From an uncultured virus (IMG/VR IMGVR_UViG_3300042945_003839) (taxonomy: Duplodnaviria > Heunggongvirae > Uroviricota > Caudoviricetes), in IMG/VR virus record IMGVR_UViG_3300042945_003839: a DNA stretch of 64,000 nucleotides, one strand, 5' to 3'. Position 1 is the stretch's first letter. Each line of letters begins with the position of its first letter. The position numbers and the translations under genes are program-made. The notes beneath the pieces were generated by a model. It worked only from the letters and a program-made list of their open reading frames with translations, was not told where the DNA came from and made no database searches. Positions 29,386 to 39,139 of this stretch are shown here, in pieces.

Positions 29386-32300
29386 TCATTTGAATGCATT
29401 ACGTAACTTAGCAGCCTCGCTCTCATCTGCCATCTCGACCTGCTGTTGGAGACGGAATAGAGAAGCAATTTTACCTTTCAGATCAGACGAAGCATTTTTG
29501 TGACTGCTTACTTCGTTGATTACGAGTGGCTGCTCAACTCCACTCGATGCAACCTTCAGACCCTTGGTAGCGCTTGGGCGATTAAACATCGCCTTTTCGA
29601 GGTCACGAAGCTGAGATACCTCGTATCTCTGCAACTCCGCGAGCTTTGCTGGCATCTGGTCGGCTTTGATTATGCCGTTTTCTACCATTTTGGCAGCAAG
29701 CTTAATTGCAACCTCTTTGTTGGCACTACTGGCCTTCTTAGATTTATAGTTTTGTGCACCACCCTGGCCGTTTTGACCACCGGTGATTTGATTTTGCTTT
29801 TCGCCCTCAAGTCCAAGCTCAGATTCATGGCCAAGCTGACCATCTCCGGCTGGGATACTTGGAGAATCTACCTTGAAGCCCTCACCCTTCTCAGAAGAAA
29901 GAGGCTTGCCTCCATTTTCTGGAACATCAGGAGTTTCGGCAGAGAAACCTTCTTGAGTGCTGTCCTTGTGTGGCTTACCGTTGGCTATCTGACCTAGATC
30001 AGCATCGTCCTGCACGGTGTGAACGGACAAGCCCATGTCTTTTGCTAACTTAGACAAAGCTTGATCGAACATGTTGGAAGCCTTGCGATACTTTCCAGTG
30101 TGATCCTTGCCTTGACCAGCCTGTCCGCCAGTGATTGCATTTTGCATTTCACCCTTGTTTGGCTCGCCTTCAAACTGACCATCACCGTATGGAATTTCTG
30201 GAGCACTTTCCTTGAATCCCTCTCCGTGCTCAGCAGCCAATGGCTTACCGCCATTGCTTGGAACATCGGGAGATTCGGCTGAGAAGCCCTCTTGAGTGCT
30301 ATCCTTGTGTGGCTTGCCGTTTGCAACTGCACCGACAACGTCTTGTGCACTTGTTTGTTCGAGCTTGCCAGACTTGGCTTGCTTGTTAAGAGCAGCACGT
30401 ATAGAGTCAATATCAATGTTTAACTTATTGACACCGACTATACGTCCACGACGAAGAGAATGAGCTTCCTTTTCAAGGCGCTCTATCTCATCATTCTGAG
30501 AAGCGCTCTTTGGAGCTTCCTTCATCATATCAGACTCTTCCATCATAGATGGACCTTCGGTATCTTCTGCTGTATCCATTTCGCCCTCCTCTTGTTCTGG
30601 CATTTCGGACATTTCTGACTCTTCAGATTCTGGCTCCATGCCTTCTTCTGATTCTGGCATTTCTATTTCAACATCAAGATCTGCATCCTCACCCATATCA
30701 GACGAATCAGTGTTTTCGAATTCAATATCTAAATCGAAACCTTCATCATCTGATTCGTCGCGGTAGCCTTCTGGCATTTCTTCTTCAGTTGGCTCATCCA
30801 TGTCAAGATCTTCTTCCATATCCTCGCCAGAATCCATACCAGACATCTCTGGCATTTCACCTTCGTCTCCCTCAGGAGAATCAGAGAAATCTTCAGAGTC
30901 AAATGGATCTTCTTCATCCATTTCTCCATCACCCATAGCAGACTTGATGGACTGATCTTCAGAAAGAGTTTCTGCATAAATTTCTTCTGCAGACACGTAC
31001 TTAGACTTAAGATCTTCACATGCCTGAGCAGCCTTATTCAAAACTAGACCACTTCTGACAAAATCTTCTACGCACTCATGCATTGCATCACGCTCTGACC
31101 AAGCAGATGCGATCTTGTTAGCAAGCTTAGTTGTATAGACGTTTTCGTCAGACAAAGATCCGCAAACACATTCTGCGAGATTCTTACCCTCACATGGACC
31201 ACTTAGTGCGAGCGCATTCTCACCGTATCTGTTTGCAAGCTTTTCAATGCATCTTGACATTGGGAATTCACCATGAACAGTAAATGCTTGCTTGAAGAAT
31301 CCCTTAACGTCATCAGAAGATGCTTCTTTGATAGTTCCAAGAAGACCCTTATCATTGATGGTGTTAAGAGCAGCTGCCTTATCCTGCATTGACATTCCAT
31401 CAAAAGAGTCCTCTGAAATACCAACTGCAGAAAGAGCCTTGATTATTGCATTCTTCTTGCGCTCACATGGAGTGCAAGAGGCTTGCTTAGCGACAGGAGC
31501 CCATTCCCATTGAGCATAAACATGCTTTGGATCGTCAGTCTTTGCAGCAAGTCTGACCTTATAGATTTGACCACTATCAAGGCACTGCCAGTGCTCCTTA
31601 TCTAACTTGACGGTGTTACGTTCACCACTGATTGGACTGATACTGCCAAGCTCGCCCTTAGAAGCAAACTTCTTCATGGTATCTGCGCTGATTTTGGTAG
31701 AAGCCGCAACTGCCATTCCACCCATTCCTGGCATGCCGCCAGGAGCTGGAGCGCCCATACCCATGTCTGGAGCAGGAGACATTGCACCTTCGCCACCCAA
31801 TCCCTTTTCTGGAGACTCTGGACTTGCAGTAACGTCTTCTTGATCAACATCACCATCTGTGATCTTGTCAAGTAAAGATGCATCAGGTACAATCTTGATT
31901 GTATAATTTAAGCCGCATCCAGGACCATTGCACTTGGACTTACCGCCAAGAACATCAACATCCTGTCCACCGCAGACAACGCAAACTGCGCCTGGTGGCT
32001 TTGGCTTACTTTCTTCTGCCTCACCGCCCATATCACCACCAGCCAAAGGATCTGCACCCATTGGAGCAGCAGCTGCGGGATCAACAGGAGCGCCTGCAGT
32101 TAAAGCCTCAACTCCTGGAGCACCAGCTGGAGGAGCTCCACCAGGCAACTGCATGCCCATGCCCATACCTGCAGGATTCAATCCAGCTGGCATTTGACCA
32201 CCAGCAAGCTGAGCCTGCTTTTCGAGCTTGTCTAAATCAGCAAGCAAAGAAGCTCTCTTAGTTTGAGATGACTCCTCAGCAACTACCTTTTCTGCAGGGA

Positions 32301-35157
32301 CAGAAGAAGCCCACTTTTCAAAAGCTGCCTTTTCCTGATCGGTAACCTTGGAAGCAATTTTGCAAGTTGCTTCAACAAGACCATTGTCCTCATCAACATC
32401 AACTGCGACTGGAATAATGTCTACGTTTTGACCAAGGTTTTCGTTCACCATGGTCTGAGCAAACTTGTGCACTGCTTCGATGAAGTCTTTGCCAGAGGAA
32501 ACCTCCATGCCAAGATCGTCTTCTGCACTCATGCAAACCTTGATGATTCCGTCCTCTGGCAAGGACATTTCACTAAATGCCTTGCGGAACATGTCGGAAT
32601 CATCTTCTGAAGATTCAGATGTTGCGTTTTCATATCTTTCAACTGCTAATTCTTCTGCTTGCTGCATTGCCAACTTGTTGTTAGCAACGAAAGCAAGAGC
32701 AGAAAGAACTTCTTCAGCTGAAGAAGATTCTAGATTATCACCAACTGCAGCAAGCACAGCATCAACGGGCTCAACTCCATACACTTCAGATGCAACCTTA
32801 GAGAAATTTGCAAGACGACTATTGTTTACCTTACGAGACTCAACAGCCCATGGAGCTGCATTCATGGCAACAACAATCTTTGCTTTATTTTGTCTTGAAG
32901 AGTCAGAGGTGATAAAATCAACTGTGTTTTGAATGTCTTCGGCACCAACTCCATAGAAAGCCATTGCATCAGCGATTGCTCCCTGTGCCTGCTTAATAAG
33001 ATCTTGAGCAGAAGCCTTCTTCATGGACTTGCCAGCAAGCTGACCTTCAGTGGTTACGGTTGGCTCAGTCCAACTAAATGTCTTCTGCAACATTTCAAGC
33101 TGACCCTGTTTGGCAACAGAAGTCCAATCAGATGGAATGTTTGCAAAGACCTCTCTACTAATGTCGTTCCATTGAGCTTCTGTAATTACTTCAGGGAAAG
33201 ATCCCCAACGAGCCATGAATCCTCCGGTCTTGGAGTTCAAAGTAGCTTCAACAACTGTTTCGTATGCAGTACCTTGACGAGGAGTGGCTGAAGTTCCGCC
33301 AACATCACTGTAAGACTTAGCAGCACCGAGCTGCTCCTTACTTTCAGTGGTGGCAGTGGGAGCCTCTCCCTTGCGAGCATGAATTCCCTTTACGCCAGAG
33401 AGCTGTGCCTCTGTAGTGACTTCATGTGCGTCACCGGTACGTGCCTGTGCAACTTTGTTTTGATTTGAGCTTTCCATGGATGTAATTGACTCCTCTGAAG
33501 TATTGTTCAAGTATGAATTTAAAATTTTACGAGCTGCCTGTTTTGGATCATGATTAATCATGTTTTGAGTATCTGCATCGAAAGAATCTATGCTGGACCA
33601 TTTCATTAAGCGATCACCCTTAAGATGTGCTATATGAGTTTCTCCATCATTGTCTGAAGAAATAACTATTGTATCATCACCTTGTGTGAACTTGTATCCT
33701 GAATTTTCTGACATAAATTCTCCGTTAATGTATATACGATTAGCTAGACTATTTAGCCTATTTGTTATACTATTAGATATTTTAATAAAATCCTTTGCGG
33801 AATCTGCTTTTACTGGAATAAAATTTGGCTTTGTTACCCTTCCAACCTCATCTCCAAATTCTTGGATCTGAGGATTAGCTGCCATAGGCACAGATTTTAA
33901 CATGGGCGCTGCCGTTTGTGCTGGCATAGCCATACTTGGCTGAACTGATGGCACAGCAGCAGAAGAAGGCTGAGGCATAGCAGAAACTGGCATTTGCACA
34001 GCAGACTGAGGCTTAGTCATAGGACTTGCAGGAGCATTTGTACCGTATGCTATCTGAGACTCAGTAGGACTTGGCAAAACTGCATAGCCCATTTCAACTA
34101 ATTCATCTGATATTTTCTGAATATCAGAACAAACTTTAACTATGTCTGACACATATTCTAAACTTACCTTGCTTTTTTGAGCCATCATCGAACGCGCAAC
34201 TCTTTCAAGCTGGTTCATGGCATCATTTAATTCATTAATTTCTTGCTTTCCAGCAGCCTTGTGAAGACTACACTGGCCAGAAGAACATTCCATGCCAAAA
34301 GAAGAATCGCTATCCATTGATGTGCCAATTTTAGCAAGAGTTTCTCTAAGATCAGCTACCTTTTTAAGCAACCCAGTTGGATTTATAATGTCACTTACAA
34401 GACAATCATGACACGCAGGATTAACAACAAAGCTGTCTTCTATGAATTTAACACCGTAATTATGTTCAAAAATCTGCTGACTTGCATATTTGTTTAATTT
34501 CTTCTTGCCCTTTTCACATCCACAAACAGGACATGGTTCATCTCCAGCATTTGCACTTTTATGATATTCGCACTCATGCTCACCAGTAAAATTTTTCTTT
34601 TTACGCTCTTTAATATGAGAACAGTATTCCTTAGCATTAGCAGCACGAGTGTGACAAACAGAACAGCAACTGTACTTAACACTGCAACCCATACTGCTTC
34701 CAGTTACGTATCCAGCCTCAATGCCTCTGGCCAAGCGTGGATAAGCAACCTTGTCAACCATATTAATTGTATAAATACCTCCACGATCTTCATCCCACCA
34801 AGCATGAACAACTTTACCACGTGCCTTTTCTACGTCATCGTTTTGATGATTTACAAATACAGGAACACCTATGAAAGTTTTAGCAGCTTTTTTCAGTTCA
34901 TTTTCACTAAAATAGTCTCCGTTGTCATTAACTTCATCTTTTTTAATTGCAAAAACTTTTACAAACAAATGATCTGGATTATCTTTAATAGCTGCTAAAA
35001 TATCAAAACCACCAAGATCTATTGCTTTTACGTGATCCTCAAATGATTTTTCTTTTGAAGCAAATTTGGTAATAGGAGATAGATTTATTTCATCCCAATT
35101 AGATGGGACGTTAAGAGCTTCTATTTGTCTTTCAGTTGTTATTGTAAATTTATCCAT
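29386..35157 (-). CDS. Prohead maturation protease fused to a giant scaffold/internal-protein polyprotein (1923 aa)
   Basis: N-terminal HK97/assemblin-type protease (NDNGDYF, FVNHQ His, ARGKV, GSSMG Ser, EDSFV..PA) with Zn-finger insert; then low-complexity, Cys-rich, acidic and repeat segments. Confidence 0.8.
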   Translation of the reverse strand: MDKFTITTERQIEALNVPSNWDEINLSPITKFASKEKSFEDHVKAIDLGGFDILAAIKDNPDHLFVKVFAIKKDEVNDNGDYFSENELKKAAKTFIGVPVFVNHQNDDVEKARGKVVHAWWDEDRGGIYTINMVDKVAYPRLARGIEAGYVTGSSMGCSVKYSCCSVCHTRAANAKEYCSHIKERKKKNFTGEHECEYHKSANAGDEPCPVCGCEKGKKKLNKYASQQIFEHNYGVKFIEDSFVVNPACHDCLVSDIINPTGLLKKVADLRETLAKIGTSMDSDSSFGMECSSGQCSLHKAAGKQEINELNDAMNQLERVARSMMAQKSKVSLEYVSDIVKVCSDIQKISDELVEMGYAVLPSPTESQIAYGTNAPASPMTKPQSAVQMPVSAMPQPSSAAVPSVQPSMAMPAQTAAPMLKSVPMAANPQIQEFGDEVGRVTKPNFIPVKADSAKDFIKISNSITNRLNSLANRIYINGEFMSENSGYKFTQGDDTIVISSDNDGETHIAHLKGDRLMKWSSIDSFDADTQNMINHDPKQAARKILNSYLNNTSEESITSMESSNQNKVAQARTGDAHEVTTEAQLSGVKGIHARKGEAPTATTESKEQLGAAKSYSDVGGTSATPRQGTAYETVVEATLNSKTGGFMARWGSFPEVITEAQWNDISREVFANIPSDWTSVAKQGQLEMLQKTFSWTEPTVTTEGQLAGKSMKKASAQDLIKQAQGAIADAMAFYGVGAEDIQNTVDFITSDSSRQNKAKIVVAMNAAPWAVESRKVNNSRLANFSKVASEVYGVEPVDAVLAAVGDNLESSSAEEVLSALAFVANNKLAMQQAEELAVERYENATSESSEDDSDMFRKAFSEMSLPEDGIIKVCMSAEDDLGMEVSSGKDFIEAVHKFAQTMVNENLGQNVDIIPVAVDVDEDNGLVEATCKIASKVTDQEKAAFEKWASSVPAEKVVAEESSQTKRASLLADLDKLEKQAQLAGGQMPAGLNPAGMGMGMQLPGGAPPAGAPGVEALTAGAPVDPAAAAPMGADPLAGGDMGGEAEESKPKPPGAVCVVCGGQDVDVLGGKSKCNGPGCGLNYTIKIVPDASLLDKITDGDVDQEDVTASPESPEKGLGGEGAMSPAPDMGMGAPAPGGMPGMGGMAVAASTKISADTMKKFASKGELGSISPISGERNTVKLDKEHWQCLDSGQIYKVRLAAKTDDPKHVYAQWEWAPVAKQASCTPCERKKNAIIKALSAVGISEDSFDGMSMQDKAAALNTINDKGLLGTIKEASSDDVKGFFKQAFTVHGEFPMSRCIEKLANRYGENALALSGPCEGKNLAECVCGSLSDENVYTTKLANKIASAWSERDAMHECVEDFVRSGLVLNKAAQACEDLKSKYVSAEEIYAETLSEDQSIKSAMGDGEMDEEDPFDSEDFSDSPEGDEGEMPEMSGMDSGEDMEEDLDMDEPTEEEMPEGYRDESDDEGFDLDIEFENTDSSDMGEDADLDVEIEMPESEEGMEPESEESEMSEMPEQEEGEMDTAEDTEGPSMMEESDMMKEAPKSASQNDEIERLEKEAHSLRRGRIVGVNKLNIDIDSIRAALNKQAKSGKLEQTSAQDVVGAVANGKPHKDSTQEGFSAESPDVPSNGGKPLAAEHGEGFKESAPEIPYGDGQFEGEPNKGEMQNAITGGQAGQGKDHTGKYRKASNMFDQALSKLAKDMGLSVHTVQDDADLGQIANGKPHKDSTQEGFSAETPDVPENGGKPLSSEKGEGFKVDSPSIPAGDGQLGHESELGLEGEKQNQITGGQNGQGGAQNYKSKKASSANKEVAIKLAAKMVENGIIKADQMPAKLAELQRYEVSQLRDLEKAMFNRPSATKGLKVASSGVEQPLVINEVSSHKNASSDLKGKIASLFRLQQQVEMADESEAAKLRNAFK
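29761..30327 (-). repeat. Two ~75-aa direct repeats within the polyprotein
   Basis: ANGKPHKDSTQEGFSAE.PDVP.NGGKPL..E.GEGFK...P.IP.GDGQ...GE.QN.ITGGQ.GQG at ~30327-30110 and ~29988-29761. Confidence 0.9.
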
Positions 35158-35159
35158 TT

Positions 35160-35573
35160 TTATGCCTTTACAAATCTAGGTATCTCAATATTTTGAATAT
35201 GGTCTGTGGTGTAATTAATTTGACCTTTTGGCCATGGTATGCCATACTTTTCTTTTAAAAAAGATAAAGCAGAAGACATGTTGTTAAAATATTTTCCATA
35301 AGGAGAATATGTTTTTACTACATCTCTAACAGCAAGAGGTGGTAACTTTTTAATACCGGCAAAATATGCCTTTTCGCCATACTTAGTCTGCGCAGGACTA
35401 CAAACAACATAATAGTCACTATTTGTAGTATAGTCATGACCTTCCCATCTGCGATATGAACCGGGACCTACCTGCTCAGTATAACGCTTGTGTAAAGGTG
35501 CTGTACGTTCGGAATAAGCCTCACGCCAATTAATGTTTCTATCTTTTATTCTTTTAGCAGCAGATTTGATCAT
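35160..35573 (-). CDS. Hypothetical basic head-region protein
   Basis: 137 aa starting MIKSAAK; between portal and protease. Confidence 0.65.
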   Translation of the reverse strand: MIKSAAKRIKDRNINWREAYSERTAPLHKRYTEQVGPGSYRRWEGHDYTTNSDYYVVCSPAQTKYGEKAYFAGIKKLPPLAVRDVVKTYSPYGKYFNNMSSALSFLKEKYGIPWPKGQINYTTDHIQNIEIPRFVKA

Positions 35574-35594
35574 AATAGCCTTGTAACATATTCA

Positions 35595-35619
35595 TTTGAT
35601 AAAATATATTATTTTTCCT
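35595..35619 (-). promoter_or_regulatory. Candidate late promoter AGG-N17-TCAAA
   Basis: Intergenic, upstream of the protease-capsid operon; conserved spacing. Confidence 0.45.
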
Positions 35620-35637
35620 TTTCAATGTAGGAATATA

Positions 35638-37920
35638 TTATGAATTGTCACTGTTATCATAAATCAAATTTTGGTAAGAAATCTTTAATTCATCTCCATC
35701 TTCATAGTAAATACTATCTTCTGCATTAACACTAGCACGCTTGGCCATTAAAGCTTTACGCTGAGCAATAGTGTCTTTAATATTATTCACAATAATTTGA
35801 GTAACTAATTCAACATTAGTATTTAATGCACTTTCTTTAATTCTTACCACACGCCACCCCATGCTCGCCAACTTCATGTCTCTCTGCTTATCTCTCTCAA
35901 CGGCACTGGCATCAGAATGCCAAAAATCTCCATCTGCTTCAAAGTTTAGCATGATATCCGGGAAGGCAAAATCTAGTAGATATGCGTTTTGCTCACCTGG
36001 AACCTTAAATTCATATTGAGCAAATAATCTCAATGGAACATTAAGAGACTTAACGATGCTGAAAAGCTTCTGCTCTGGTTTAGTCAAAAATATTTGCTTA
36101 TTTTCAACTGTTGGTTCATCAGATTTTTTTTGTTTTGGCTGCTTGCCTCTCTTGTAGACTCTCATGGATGGATCTACAGATTGCTGACTGGGATCATTCA
36201 TTAGAGAAAGCTGTGCAACCTTTGTCATGTCATCATTTTCGTCGCTAGCCATGGCCCCCATAGGTGGAGCTGGAGGAGCTCCGCCACCAGGTGGTGGTGC
36301 TGCTCCAGGTGCGCCGCCAGGACCTGGCCCTGCAAGGCCAGGAGGCATGCCACCGCCGCCAAGACCAAGATCTAACCCACCGCCACCACCGGGAGGTCCG
36401 CCAAGACCTAAATCTAAACCACCCATGCCGCCGCCAGCATCTCCAGCACCGCCAAGAACCTGACCGCCCTTACCTGCAGTAATCTGCTCTTCACGAAGCC
36501 TATTAACTTCTTGATCAAAATCAATGTTAAATTCAGTTAAAAGCTTTTGAGTAGATATGAGGCCCTTATCATGCAACTGCATTAAGCTTTGCAGATACTG
36601 ACTATTGTCTCGTAACCGCAAATCATTCCACTTAATTTTGGGAGTTAACCATACAGTGTCCCCTACCAACTTACTCTTTTGAGTGTCAACAAAACCTTGC
36701 ATCTGAGCGACTGGTAAAAATATATTTTTCTCAACCCAAGACGAAAGTTCCATACGCCAAGTTTCAAGTCTACGTATCAAAGTTTCAACACCAACTGCTG
36801 CTGCACTATATGCAGCCATTTCTCCATTAAGAAGAGTTTGCGGCAACATCAATCCATCAAGCATTTCTTTACCAATCATTTCTAACTGATTGGATATGTC
36901 ATGAATTTTGCCAGTAGCACCAATAAAGTCCATTTCAAATGCATGATGAGTCACAATAGTTAAATTAGGATCGTTTGCAACTGCAGCAAGCTGACCCTGA
37001 ACATCTGCAATATCAAATTCAGAAGCTGGACGTTCAGCGTTTCCAACCTTAACAACTCTAACAGGCAATATATGCCTTTCAGCCATAATCCAGTTAGCTG
37101 TCATTAATTTTGTTTTATAAGATATAATGGTAAACAATCTTCTCAACAGACTTTCTCCATAAGTTCCGTATGGAGAACCCTTATGTCTAATATGACTTAT
37201 GCATCTTGGACTAAGAGGAATTGGCCTACCTGATAAAACGTACTCTTTGATCGAATCAGGAATGCGGTCATAAACATTTTTGGGTTTTTTCTGAGCGACC
37301 ACTCTTTTTAAATCATCATCTGGAATAAGAGCAACTGTTGGTTCATCTGCTAACTGCGTGTTCTGCACCTCAATAAAATCTGGATTTAAAATCAACAAAC
37401 GCTTAATTGTACCATCTGGGTGATTACATATGTTGCCGTTGGGAAGATGGCCCAGACCGCGACAGACAGGACACTCTATTTCAGTAAATACAAAAACGTC
37501 TCCGAGTAAAAAATACTCATGACTAATTTTTCTTAACCAATATTCAAGATTAAGTTTTTCTGTTAAATGCTCAAAATAAGCTAGTACTTTTTTATCTTTG
37601 CATTCCAAATTAAAGCCATTCATTGGAAAGCCAGCATAAAAATCTATGCCTGCTGCTGCTTTTGGCTCGTTTTCATAATAAAATCTAGCCCACTGGTAAA
37701 CTTCTTTTCTCTTACTGGCAATCTGCCAATTTTGTGGAGTATGCAGCGGACTAAAAAACATAGGCTGCGTAAATATGGTACTAGCGCTGCCTCCAACATA
37801 TTGAGCTGCTTTAGTCAAAGGCAAAGATACAGCTGCAGAGTTAGCGTACTTGCGTCCATCAAAAACTTCATTGGAGGCAGTCTTGTTTATTTCCTGTTCT
37901 TTACCGTTTGATTTTGCCAT
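35638..37920 (-). CDS. Portal protein with C-terminal DUF559-like endonuclease domain
   Basis: Portal motifs (YFLLGDVF, ILNPDFIEV, HIRH..SPY.TYG.S.L, P.IKW..L.L); Gly/Pro linker; then QYEF...LDFAFP....EADG.FWH...ERD..RD..L...GWRVVRI.E. Confidence 0.85.
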   Translation of the reverse strand: MAKSNGKEQEINKTASNEVFDGRKYANSAAVSLPLTKAAQYVGGSASTIFTQPMFFSPLHTPQNWQIASKRKEVYQWARFYYENEPKAAAGIDFYAGFPMNGFNLECKDKKVLAYFEHLTEKLNLEYWLRKISHEYFLLGDVFVFTEIECPVCRGLGHLPNGNICNHPDGTIKRLLILNPDFIEVQNTQLADEPTVALIPDDDLKRVVAQKKPKNVYDRIPDSIKEYVLSGRPIPLSPRCISHIRHKGSPYGTYGESLLRRLFTIISYKTKLMTANWIMAERHILPVRVVKVGNAERPASEFDIADVQGQLAAVANDPNLTIVTHHAFEMDFIGATGKIHDISNQLEMIGKEMLDGLMLPQTLLNGEMAAYSAAAVGVETLIRRLETWRMELSSWVEKNIFLPVAQMQGFVDTQKSKLVGDTVWLTPKIKWNDLRLRDNSQYLQSLMQLHDKGLISTQKLLTEFNIDFDQEVNRLREEQITAGKGGQVLGGAGDAGGGMGGLDLGLGGPPGGGGGLDLGLGGGGMPPGLAGPGPGGAPGAAPPPGGGAPPAPPMGAMASDENDDMTKVAQLSLMNDPSQQSVDPSMRVYKRGKQPKQKKSDEPTVENKQIFLTKPEQKLFSIVKSLNVPLRLFAQYEFKVPGEQNAYLLDFAFPDIMLNFEADGDFWHSDASAVERDKQRDMKLASMGWRVVRIKESALNTNVELVTQIIVNNIKDTIAQRKALMAKRASVNAEDSIYYEDGDELKISYQNLIYDNSDNS

Positions 37921-37925
37921 TTATT

Positions 37926-38147
37926 TTACACTCTTGTTACTTGAACTTTACCTAAGTCAAACCCGCAATTAACGCATTTATTCTGATTTTTAGAAGAATC
38001 AGCAGAATTGTCAGACTTACATACTGGACAGATTTTTTTCTGTCTAGAATATATATTACCTTTATCGGGTTTCATAAAAGAGAAAGCACGGTCTAGGGCT
38101 CTATTAAATGAAGAAGACCCTTGACCGGCAGCAGTTTTAAGACTCAA
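37926..38147 (-). CDS. Zinc-ribbon protein (possibly the frameshift extension of 38144..39151)
   Basis: CPVC...CVNCG; weak TTG start with no clear SD. Confidence 0.6.
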   Translation of the reverse strand: MSLKTAAGQGSSSFNRALDRAFSFMKPDKGNIYSRQKKICPVCKSDNSADSSKNQNKCVNCGFDLGKVQVTRV

Positions 38148-39139
38148 CTGTTCTTTTTTTTTAAGTTAAATGGACCTATGGACAATTTATTAAATGTTGC
38201 TGGATTAACAAGCTTGTCCTCATTGCCTCTCAAAACTTCCATTCTGGACTCCAGTGTTGAATATTGAGGCAACCAAGGACGGCTGCGAGTACCTGGAAGC
38301 AATTGCAAATTGTTACCCTTTGGGATGTTGCGATTTACTTCAAATCTTCTGTTAATGTAACCACCAACATAATTTCCTTCTTCGTCTCGATATGGAGAAT
38401 TATACTTATCCATAACGTTACCACGCCATATTGCCTCAAAATCAATATCTAAAACATCATCAATTTTTAATCCAAAACCTTTATTTTGTTCAATAAGATG
38501 AAGACCACTCTGTATATCTCTACTAAATGGACTCAAAGAAGTTTGACTAGGGCCTGATATAATAGAACTATGCATAATACTCTTATGCTGAGCAGTCTTT
38601 GTTAAATTAAAAGTTTGAGAAGAACTTTGCTTCTTTTGAGAAGCAGCAATTTCTTTAGCTATTTTCATAACATGCAATGTACTTGCGGTAGCTATGTCCA
38701 TTTCACTTTCCTCGTTCTTTGGTGGATGTATTTTTGCGTACATATCAAACAGTCTGTTAGCAATATCTACTGCATCTTCTGAATCAGATGGAACTTCAAA
38801 AAATTGAGAAAGTCCAGCCTTAAAGTCGTCAGCTATTTCTGTTGACCCGACAGATTGAGAAAAATATTCATTCCATGCAGAATTCATTGAAGACTTAATA
38901 TCTCCAGATGAAAAAGATTTTAATTTTTCGTACATTTGTACATGATTCTCAAACACAGGAACTGATATGGTTTCGATATCTGTATCAATATCTTTACCAG
39001 GAGACATAAGCAAACCAGCATCTGACTGTGGCTCCTTAGTCATTTCCAAATCGCTAAACTCTTCAGCCCCCTGAACTACAGGAGGAGAAGTCATCTCTAT
39101 CTGCTTTTGTGCAAATTTAGATAAATTGAATTTAGGCAT
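38144..39139 (-). CDS. Hypothetical head-associated protein
   Basis: Likely start MPKFNLSKFAQ (GGAG SD); internal FNLTKTAQ; ends PFNLKKKNS on an A9 run. Confidence 0.65.
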   Translation of the reverse strand: MPKFNLSKFAQKQIEMTSPPVVQGAEEFSDLEMTKEPQSDAGLLMSPGKDIDTDIETISVPVFENHVQMYEKLKSFSSGDIKSSMNSAWNEYFSQSVGSTEIADDFKAGLSQFFEVPSDSEDAVDIANRLFDMYAKIHPPKNEESEMDIATASTLHVMKIAKEIAASQKKQSSSQTFNLTKTAQHKSIMHSSIISGPSQTSLSPFSRDIQSGLHLIEQNKGFGLKIDDVLDIDFEAIWRGNVMDKYNSPYRDEEGNYVGGYINRRFEVNRNIPKGNNLQLLPGTRSRPWLPQYSTLESRMEVLRGNEDKLVNPATFNKLSIGPFNLKKKNS

